In this document: piece by piece, positions 26,293 through 33,152 of the stretch
Numbering within the stretch: position 1 is the first letter of the stretch
How the letters are laid out: each line of letters opens with the position of its first letter
Virus genome (UHGV): UHGV-0189815
DNA: 33,152 nucleotides
Strand: one strand, 5' to 3'
Origin: a virus
Program-made: the position numbers and the translations under genes
The notes under the pieces: model-generated
Told to the model about the DNA's origin: nothing
What the model saw: only the letters and a program-made list of their open reading frames with translations
The model's database searches: none

Positions 26293-28227
26293 ATGGCAAC
26301 AATTATCACGACGGCGTTTGAGCAATGGCAAGCCGCTGATCTGCTGACGCCGGGCGACATTTCGCTGGATGAATTTGTTTTGGCTAATGTGCCCGGCCTT
26401 GATCCGGATGCGGTGATAAACCGTGACGCCGGTCTGCCGGATGCCGCGCAAATTGTTTACCGCGAATCCGTCAACGCTGCGGGCGTGGTTAATAAAAACA
26501 CGGTTGCGTACTCGTTTACCCTGGGAACAAACGTCGGCAATTTTTCGTTTAACTGGATCGGACTGATTTGCAAAAAAACGGGCCTTTTAGCGATGGTGAC
26601 AACGGTCCCGGCGCTGGAAAAGGTGAAAACGACGGCGACGGAACAGGGAAACGCGTTTACCCGCTCGTTTTTGATTGAATTTAACGGTGCTGCAGACAAG
26701 ACAGGGATTAATACACCTGCCGAAACGTGGCAGATCGATTTTACCGCCCGTCTGACGGGTATTGATGATTATCAGCGTTTACTGAATATCGATCATTACG
26801 GCAGTGCGCTGTTTTTTGATGATGGGTGGCTGGTTCAACGTAGCGGGGTGAAATATAACTGCCAGCCTGGGTTGGGTTATGTGGCCGGTTTGCGATTGGC
26901 GAACGAAGCCGCGCAGGATGTCGCGATCGGGACTAAACCCGCCGCCGTCTGGCTGGATACTGTCTGGCAGGGGTCTGTCATGACTGCCTGCGTGCCGGTC
27001 ACTGATATCTGCGTTATTACGTCGGGCGATCTGGCTGAATATTCGGACGCTGCGGGGAAAACCCACTACGTATTCAAAATCGCTGAAATTGCCGCAGACG
27101 GGGCGGTCACTGATTTACGGCCAGTGCGTAACAGTGACGATCTGGATAAGCGCTATTTACGCCGGTCGCTAAATCTGTCCGATCTGGATGATGTAGTGAA
27201 ATCCCGCGAAAATTTAAAACTGGGGAATTCTGCAACCCGTAACGTGGGAACGGCGGCGGGGACGGTAGCTGCCGGGGATGATTCGCGCATTGTTCACGCG
27301 GTGCAGGATACGCGCAAGGTGAACAATAAGGCACTGTCAGCAGACATTACGCTGACATACAGCGATGTAAACGCCGTGCCGACAACGCGCAAAGTGAACG
27401 ATAAGCCGCTGTCAGCGGACATCACGCTGACGTACAGCGACGTAAACGCTGTGCCGACAACGCGCAAGGTGAACAATAAGGCGCTGTCAGCAGACATCAC
27501 GCTGACGTACAGCGATGTAAACGCCGTTCCGACAACGCGCAAGGTTAACAATAAGGCGTTGTCAGCGGACATCACGCTGACGTACAGCGACGTAAATGCA
27601 GCTGCCGCAAGCCATAAGCACCCCTGGTCGGATATTACCGGCGCGCCGGACTTTATCACCGTAACAAATGCTGATGCGCGCTACTTAAATAAGTACGCAA
27701 TGTACACCGCGAATGGGTCATTTACTGTCCCTGCCGGTGTAAAAAAAATGTCGGTAGAGGTGCTCGGCGGTGGCGGCGGTGGCGGTGGCGGTGGTGCATA
27801 TTCTGGTGGTGGGGGTGGTGCGTCAAAACCGGTGACGACAATTGTCACCGTCACACCTGGCGCGGTCCTTTCTGTCGTTGTCGGAGGTGGGGGGGTAGGG
27901 GGAACCGTAGTCACGTCATCAGCAGGCAATATGACCAAGGGTAATTCGGGGACTGCTGGCGGCGCGTCTTCATTTTCGGGAGTGTCGTCACCCGGTGGTT
28001 CTGGTGGTTATGGTGGTACTACTGGCGGTACTGGTACTACAAAAGCCACTGCGGGCAATAATGGAGCGTCGTCAGTATATGGCGATGGTGGTTGCGGGGT
28101 TATCGGTGGTAGTCACAATGGCACCGGATACGGTGCGGGCGGGTCGGCTGGTGCTTATGGGACTTCTGGTGCGAACTGTTTCCCGGGCGGCAATGGGTCG
28201 CCGGGTTTTGTTAAATTGTCATGGTGA
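26293..28227 (+). CDS. Tail fibre protein with internal tandem repeats and Gly-rich C-terminal domain
   Basis: 644 aa; four 25-aa repeats (TRKVNNKALSADITLTYSDVNAVPT); runs of Gly (GGGGGGGGGG...GGGGG) and a G/S/T-rich C-terminus. Confidence 0.8.
   Translation: MATIITTAFEQWQAADLLTPGDISLDEFVLANVPGLDPDAVINRDAGLPDAAQIVYRESVNAAGVVNKNTVAYSFTLGTNVGNFSFNWIGLICKKTGLLAMVTTVPALEKVKTTATEQGNAFTRSFLIEFNGAADKTGINTPAETWQIDFTARLTGIDDYQRLLNIDHYGSALFFDDGWLVQRSGVKYNCQPGLGYVAGLRLANEAAQDVAIGTKPAAVWLDTVWQGSVMTACVPVTDICVITSGDLAEYSDAAGKTHYVFKIAEIAADGAVTDLRPVRNSDDLDKRYLRRSLNLSDLDDVVKSRENLKLGNSATRNVGTAAGTVAAGDDSRIVHAVQDTRKVNNKALSADITLTYSDVNAVPTTRKVNDKPLSADITLTYSDVNAVPTTRKVNNKALSADITLTYSDVNAVPTTRKVNNKALSADITLTYSDVNAAAASHKHPWSDITGAPDFITVTNADARYLNKYAMYTANGSFTVPAGVKKMSVEVLGGGGGGGGGGAYSGGGGGASKPVTTIVTVTPGAVLSVVVGGGGVGGTVVTSSAGNMTKGNSGTAGGASSFSGVSSPGGSGGYGGTTGGTGTTKATAGNNGASSVYGDGGCGVIGGSHNGTGYGAGGSAGAYGTSGANCFPGGNGSPGFVKLSW
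27310..27600. repeat. About 3.9 copies of a 75-bp near-perfect tandem repeat inside the tail-fibre gene
   Basis: Unit starts at 27310, 27385, 27460 and 27535, with few substitutions; coding, in frame. Confidence 0.9.
27765..27820. repeat. GGC/GGT simple-sequence tract (poly-Gly codons) in the tail-fibre gene
   Basis: ggcggtggcggcggtggcggtggcggtggt... read directly from the sequence. Confidence 0.7.
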
Positions 28228-28230
28228 TCA

Positions 28231-28833
28231 ATGAAATATGTATATTTTGATTCTGAATCAATGAAGGTCCTAGCATGGCTGGACACCGATCAGTTTGACA
28301 TTGTTCTGCCTGAAACGGTCATGCAATTAACGGATGTGCAGTGGCGTTACCGCGATCGTGATTGCTGGGTAAATCCCGCTGCTGGAAAGCTCGTAACAAC
28401 GCCGCCACCGGGCGAATATTATCGCCTGGACGGTGATAAATGGATTTATGACGCGGCAGCATTTGCCGCCGCGCTGAAGCAGATTAAAGCGCAGGTTGAA
28501 CAGGATATAAAAGCACATAGGGACGCCGTCACCGCCGATTACATCGTGATCGACGGGAATCGCTTCCATAGCGACGCTAACAGCCGCATTCAGCAGATGA
28601 CGCTGGCAAAAATGGGACAGGCGGGCGCGGTTCCGCCCGGTCTGATGTGGCAAACCAAAAATAACGGGCTGATTGAACTGACCAACGCAATCGCCGCACA
28701 GTTTGAGTTTGTGACCATTGAACACGATATGCGTTTGTTTGCCGTTGCGCAGGCGCATATTGCGGCAGTGGATGCCCTGGGCGATATTGCCGCCGTTGAG
28801 GCTTACGACTGGTCCCTGGGGTGGCAACCATGA
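28231..28833 (+). CDS. Tail fibre assembly/chaperone-like protein (putative)
   Basis: 200 aa, immediately downstream of and translationally coupled to the tail-fibre gene; by position. Confidence 0.5.
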   Translation: MKYVYFDSESMKVLAWLDTDQFDIVLPETVMQLTDVQWRYRDRDCWVNPAAGKLVTTPPPGEYYRLDGDKWIYDAAAFAAALKQIKAQVEQDIKAHRDAVTADYIVIDGNRFHSDANSRIQQMTLAKMGQAGAVPPGLMWQTKNNGLIELTNAIAAQFEFVTIEHDMRLFAVAQAHIAAVDALGDIAAVEAYDWSLGWQP

Positions 28834-29318
28834 ACGCGGTGTTTATTGCGTTTTATCGTGGCCGCAGCGATCACAACGGACTAGCCAGCCTGGCGGACTG
28901 GGTGACACGCCTTGTTACCCGCAGTCCGTATTCACATTGTGAAATCGCCGTGGGGCCGCAGTGCTACGACGTCGGCACGGATTTTACCTGCTATTCGTCA
29001 TCGTTCCGTGATGGCGGGGTCAGGGCTAAAACAATGCCTTTACCCTCTGACAAATGGGACTTGATCGAAATCAGCGCCAGCCCGCAGGAAATCGCCAGTT
29101 TTTACCGCCTGTACGCGGGGAAAAAATACGACATCGCCGGGGTTATCGGCTTTTTGCTGTTTTGCCGTGGGAATCCTGAAAAGTGGTTTTGTAGCGAGTT
29201 TTGTGCCGAATTTATGCAGTTACGGGATGCCTGGCGTTATTCGCCCGGCCAGTTACACGCGCTGGTTTCCAGCGAATGGGAGCGGGGTTATTCATGGCGT
29301 GGAGTAATGGACAGTTAA
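28830..29318 (+). CDS. Hypothetical late protein with His...Cys motif (possible permuted papain-like hydrolase)
   Basis: 163 aa from ATG 28830; YSHCEIAV upstream and KWFCSEFCAEF downstream, arranged His-before-Cys as in permuted NlpC/P60-like thiol hydrolases. Inference from motifs only. Confidence 0.45.
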   Translation: MNAVFIAFYRGRSDHNGLASLADWVTRLVTRSPYSHCEIAVGPQCYDVGTDFTCYSSSFRDGGVRAKTMPLPSDKWDLIEISASPQEIASFYRLYAGKKYDIAGVIGFLLFCRGNPEKWFCSEFCAEFMQLRDAWRYSPGQLHALVSSEWERGYSWRGVMDS

Positions 29319-30163
29319 AACTGCCGGATGAAGTGAAAACGCCGCATGACACGTTAAACGGTGCGTTGTCGTCGCTGTCATCCCCTGGCATTAACGCATT
29401 GCGCGCGCTGGAATCGCGGGCGCAGTGGCCGCAGCCAGAATTGGCGGGGCAGGCGGATCAGGTTGCCGATCTGCGCGTCGAACTGGATAAACTGACAACG
29501 AACGGGCAGCAAATCGCCGTTCATAACTGGACGTTTGGCGCGGGTAAGGAGGAAGAAAGCGGCACTTATCTTAGCCCGCCGAACGCCGTCAAACGGCTGG
29601 CCGAAAAATTGCGCGATGGTGCAGATCTGAGAATGGGCGCAGGCGGTGACGCCGTTTGTTTACTTGTTTGCGCTGGTCAGATTGGGGACTTCATTAGCAA
29701 GCTGACAAAAGTCTGTGACACCTTGCCCGCCCCCGGATTTACGCAGGCACTGAACACCGCCCGCGCTCACGCTGGCAAGGAATCCCAGAAAATGCAACGC
29801 CCCGGCGCGCTGACCTATCCGGCGTGGCCGGAGTCTGGCGACCTGATCGAAAAAAATCACCGTGAATCGCGCCGCCTGCTGTTGTCAGAAATGGCGATGC
29901 TGGCCGCACATAAAACCCGCGCGCCGGTCGATACATTGGCGGAACTGGTAAAGCTGCGTGAAAAGGCTGTTTCTGATCTGGCTGGTGACTTTGACAAGCT
30001 GAACGAAACCGCCGCGCAGGTCTGGTCCTGGAAGGGAAGCGGTGGCGGTGCGTCACTGGCGTCTGCGCTGGAATCCAGTAGCCCGCCCGGCCATTCTTTT
30101 ATTTTTACTGCTGTCGTGCTGTTCACTGGCGCGGATCTGTCGTTTTTGAAGGGCTGCATATGA
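29294..30163 (+). CDS. Hypothetical late protein
   Basis: 289 aa from ATG 29294 (overlaps the upstream gene); translationally coupled (ATGA) to the next gene; no recognisable motif. Confidence 0.45.
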   Translation: MAWSNGQLKLPDEVKTPHDTLNGALSSLSSPGINALRALESRAQWPQPELAGQADQVADLRVELDKLTTNGQQIAVHNWTFGAGKEEESGTYLSPPNAVKRLAEKLRDGADLRMGAGGDAVCLLVCAGQIGDFISKLTKVCDTLPAPGFTQALNTARAHAGKESQKMQRPGALTYPAWPESGDLIEKNHRESRRLLLSEMAMLAAHKTRAPVDTLAELVKLREKAVSDLAGDFDKLNETAAQVWSWKGSGGGASLASALESSSPPGHSFIFTAVVLFTGADLSFLKGCI

Positions 30164-30795
30164 GCACGAGACACCCAGTAATTTTAACGCTGAACGGCGA
30201 AACGGTAAAAATGCTGAATCTGAAAGTGGAGGCTGTTTTGCCGTTCAAAGACAAAGATCAGTCTGGCCAGACGTCGGGAACGCAGAAAAGTGAGGGCGGG
30301 ATAAAAGCAAAGGAATTAAACGTCAGCGGCGTGATCCCGTTTCGTAATGTTGAATTTCTTACGCGTATTTTTGAACTGGCGGAAGGGGTGGACGAGGGCG
30401 GAAAGCAGACGGTTTACCGCGTTTCTAATCTCACCGCCACGGCGATCAACATGCGCCAGGCGACATTCACCGGGCGTCTGAGCGCGCCGGAATCGGATTC
30501 ACTGCGGGCGTGGAACGTGTCGTTCACTCTGCGGGAGTACAGCAGTGTGCCGGAGAAAAAAGAGGCCAACGTATTTTCAAAACTGGGCGGGGTTGTTTCG
30601 CAGACAACGCCAGGTATTACGACGCCGGGTGCATCTTCTGGGGAAAATACACCGCCAGACACTGAAATGTCGTCATCAGATAAATTCTGGAAAAAAATTG
30701 ATGATTGGCTGGCCCCGTCGCCGTCTGAATCAAAAGCGGATACGACGTCAAACGGTACGGCCGGATCAGCTGTCAAAACGGACAAAGACAAATGA
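30160..30795 (+). CDS. Hypothetical tail/baseplate-associated protein
   Basis: 211 aa; ATGA-coupled at both ends; Ser/Thr/Pro-rich C-terminal third. Confidence 0.45.
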   Translation: MSTRHPVILTLNGETVKMLNLKVEAVLPFKDKDQSGQTSGTQKSEGGIKAKELNVSGVIPFRNVEFLTRIFELAEGVDEGGKQTVYRVSNLTATAINMRQATFTGRLSAPESDSLRAWNVSFTLREYSSVPEKKEANVFSKLGGVVSQTTPGITTPGASSGENTPPDTEMSSSDKFWKKIDDWLAPSPSESKADTTSNGTAGSAVKTDKDK

Positions 30796-32438
30796 AGATA
30801 ACAAGCCGTTTTTATATCGGTTCGCAGACGGTAACGCCGGTTAATGTACATCTGGCGCTGGAGTTGTCCGGCGCTGGGTTGGGTTTTGTCACGGTCCCCG
30901 GTGATGAAAACTTACAGGGAAAAATGGTCGCGCTGGATCTGGGGTATTCCGGAAAAATGCTGCGCTGGTTCACTGGTATTGTTGAGCGTAGTCAGCAGGC
31001 GGAAAAGGGCTGGCAGCGTATCCTGGTGCGTGAATTAACGGGAATACTGGCGCGCCCTATGCCCTGTTCAATACAGCACCCAACATTACGGGATGTCTGT
31101 AACTGGGTTACTGAACAGTGCGGGCTGGCGTTTGCGCTGCCAGACGGGCAGAAATACACCGATACGCCGATCCCTAACTTTACCCATTCAGGCAGCGGCT
31201 ATCAGTTGCTAAACAACCTGGGGCGCGCTTTTTCTATCCCGGATTATATCTGGCAGCAGTTGCCCGAAGGTGTTGTGTTTGTTGGTAGTTGGCAGGAATC
31301 CCGATGGCCGTCATTGCCCGTTGAGATACCGCCCGGATTTTCTGATCAGCAGACTGGCGGCGACACTATGCGGATCGTGTGCGTGCCGTCACTGCGGCCT
31401 GGCGCTGTCGTTAACGGCCAGCGGGTTAAGCGTATCGATCTGACTGATGACCAGATGTCAGTCAAATGGGCAGTAACAGACAACAAAGGCCGCGAGGCGC
31501 AAAAATCGCAATTCCGCCGCCAGGCTGAAAAGGAGTTTCCGGAACTGGCCGCAGGTTTACACCTGCCAAAAATTGGCCGCGTTGAGGCTATCAGCGACAC
31601 GACCGGCCATAGCGACATATCAGATCCATTCCGTCCGCGTTTTGCCGTCAATGTTCAGTTACTTGATGAAGACGGGAAACCAGATCAAACGGTCCCTGTT
31701 TATCAGGCTGTGCCGTTGCCGGTTGGGTTTGGCGGAAGCGATAGCGGCTTGATGCAGTACCCAGCGCCGGGAACACTGGTCGAACTGGGATTCAGTGAGG
31801 CACGCCCGGACCGCCCACACATCCGCCAGGTAATGGCGCAGGGGTTGACGCTGCCTGCTGTTGCTGCGGGTGAGCAGGTGCAGCAGTCGCGCGCGGGCGT
31901 TCTGCATAAGACAAACAGTCGCGGCGATGTCAGCCGCGAAACCGATCAGGCACTGACCGAAGTTGCGCGGGTGCGAAAGTTGACGGTGGATGAAGAACAG
32001 ACGGACGTCGCGGAGCGTCGCGCCAGCGTAACGGGTGATGATGTGTTACAGGTTGGCGGGTCGCATATCCTGCATACCCTGGGCGCTATTGAGCAGATGA
32101 CTGCAGGTGATATTGACACCGGAGCAGGAGGAGATCACCGGCACGCTGTCGGCGGGCAGTTGGTTGAAGTCGTCGGCAAGCTGCGGCGTAGCGTGGCTAA
32201 AGAATTGCAGCATTTTGAAGCCGGAAAGAGTTGGACCGGCACGGACGCAATAAATATTTTTGTGCTGTTGGATAACCTGATGATGGTTGTTCAACGGCTA
32301 GCAGCGGCTGACGCTGCGCACATCCATAACTGCCAGTGCGGCCCCAGTAGCCCACCTACAACCGCCGCATTGTTTACGGCTGAATCTGTCAATGCTGCAA
32401 CGCTACATGCGCAGCTATCCCCCATCATAGAACGCTAA
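30792..32438 (+). CDS. Baseplate hub/central spike protein with gpV/VgrG-like domain (putative)
   Basis: 548 aa; central segment RPRFAVNVQLLDEDGKPDQTVPVYQAVPLPVGFGGSDSGLMQYPAPGTLVELGFSEARPDRPHI resembles the gpV/VgrG spike OB-fold pattern; C-terminal HIHNCQCGP could be a metal-binding apex. Confidence 0.5.
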   Translation: MKITSRFYIGSQTVTPVNVHLALELSGAGLGFVTVPGDENLQGKMVALDLGYSGKMLRWFTGIVERSQQAEKGWQRILVRELTGILARPMPCSIQHPTLRDVCNWVTEQCGLAFALPDGQKYTDTPIPNFTHSGSGYQLLNNLGRAFSIPDYIWQQLPEGVVFVGSWQESRWPSLPVEIPPGFSDQQTGGDTMRIVCVPSLRPGAVVNGQRVKRIDLTDDQMSVKWAVTDNKGREAQKSQFRRQAEKEFPELAAGLHLPKIGRVEAISDTTGHSDISDPFRPRFAVNVQLLDEDGKPDQTVPVYQAVPLPVGFGGSDSGLMQYPAPGTLVELGFSEARPDRPHIRQVMAQGLTLPAVAAGEQVQQSRAGVLHKTNSRGDVSRETDQALTEVARVRKLTVDEEQTDVAERRASVTGDDVLQVGGSHILHTLGAIEQMTAGDIDTGAGGDHRHAVGGQLVEVVGKLRRSVAKELQHFEAGKSWTGTDAINIFVLLDNLMMVVQRLAAADAAHIHNCQCGPSSPPTTAALFTAESVNAATLHAQLSPIIER

Positions 32439-32450
32439 TCCCTTCTCATT

Positions 32451-32473
32451 GCCCGCCTGCGCGGGCTTTTTTA
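32451..32473 (+). terminator. Rho-independent terminator at the end of the late operon
   Basis: Hairpin gcccgc-ctgc-gcgggc followed by tttttt, 13 nt after the stop of the 548-aa gene. Confidence 0.7.
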
Positions 32474-32936
32474 CGTCCTCATTCCGGCAAACACGGTCAT
32501 TTATGGCGGTCCTGCAGGTCTGGCGGTGCTCGATACACGGCGCGCGGTCAAAATCTGAACACCGGAACGCCAGCGGGACGAAAACCGCGCTCACCCGCAC
32601 GCCCGCCGCTTGTGCGTGGTTAAAGTTTTTTCAGTTCTGGATATTGCAATAAAGGGCCGCAAAAGCCCGCGCAGCAAGGATCTAAAAAGGATCTGCGGAA
32701 CTGAAAAAATTACGTGCTTTTTCAGTTAATTGAAAACAGAAAGATCACGAATGTGATCGGCCTGTTTTTATTACATTGAAAATAAAAGAAAAAATTATTT
32801 TACGTGAAGGCTTGAGGGTGAGGGAATGCTTGAGAGATTTTAAAAATTACAATAAAAACATATAGTTAGTTAAATATGAAACTGAAATTTACGCTTTGGT
32901 CTTGAGAAAGGCCGTCGACTATGGCGGCCTTAGGCA

Positions 32937-33152
32937 TTACTTGTGTGGCGGGTAGTCAATACCGCCATTCGGTGGACGGCAACGATAAATCCGCTTTAAA
33001 CCTAGTTTCCACCCCTTTACGAATCCAAAACGCTTTAATGCAATCAGTGTGTATTTTGAACAAGATGGGGTGTGACGACATCTGTTACGAATATTCATTG
33101 GCGCATGTGCTCGGTAGAACAACACAAGGCGAATACTCAAGACTTTTAACAT
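32937..33152 (-). CDS. YidD-family protein (membrane protein insertion efficiency factor-like)
   Basis: 71 aa; CRHTPSCSKYTLIALKRFGFVKGWKLGLKRIYRCRPPNGGIDYPP matches the YidD signature (CRFTPTCS.Y..EAL...G..KG..L...R...C.P...GG.D.VP) as I recall it; lies in an AT-rich region; start codon at the window edge. Confidence 0.6.
   Translation of the reverse strand: MLKVLSIRLVLFYRAHAPMNIRNRCRHTPSCSKYTLIALKRFGFVKGWKLGLKRIYRCRPPNGGIDYPPHK

Noticed and set aside
27310-27600. Possible CRISPR array suggested by regularly spaced repeats
   Set aside because: The repeats are directly tandem with no spacers, have a 75-bp period, are in frame within a tail-fibre ORF, and no cas genes are present.
27294-27659. 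121-aa minus-strand ORF with repeated TSLYVSVMSAD units
   Set aside because: Reverse-complement reading of the 75-bp tandem repeats in the tail-fibre gene; artefact of the repeat.
27681-27938. 85-aa minus-strand proline-rich ORF (PPPPPPP)
   Set aside because: Complement of the poly-Gly GGN codon tract in the tail-fibre gene.
30414-30851. 145-aa minus-strand ORF overlapping the 211-aa late gene
   Set aside because: Antisense to a translationally coupled late gene; no ribosome-binding site.
32449-32652. 67-aa plus-strand ORF and overlapping 61-aa minus-strand ORF downstream of the late operon
   Set aside because: Both span the terminator hairpin and non-coding region; Arg/Cys/Ala-rich translations without start context; likely spurious.

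Overview
This window holds the 3' flank of a host outer-membrane protein gene (mipA-like, 1..747) followed by most of a P2-family, mosaic prophage (about 900 to at least 32470); the right end and attR are not resolved. All calls rest on reading the supplied ORF translations against remembered family motifs; no database search or computation was run. The prophage order is: integrase, a lysogeny region with two P2 C-type repressor paralogs flanking a two-gene moron, a Cox-like gene, an early operon (DEDD exonuclease, Dam methylase with a Cys-rich tail, ASCH-like protein, gpA-like rolling-circle initiator), an AT-rich single-gene moron (10313..11635), then packaging, head, tail and lysis genes. 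The strongest candidate for an undescribed system is that AT-rich moron, a 440-aa coiled-coil/two-transmembrane-helix protein sitting where P2-like phages carry variable cargo (tin/old position). The repressor-linked moron pair (2519..3389) is the second candidate. The window ends in an AT-rich region with a YidD-family gene.
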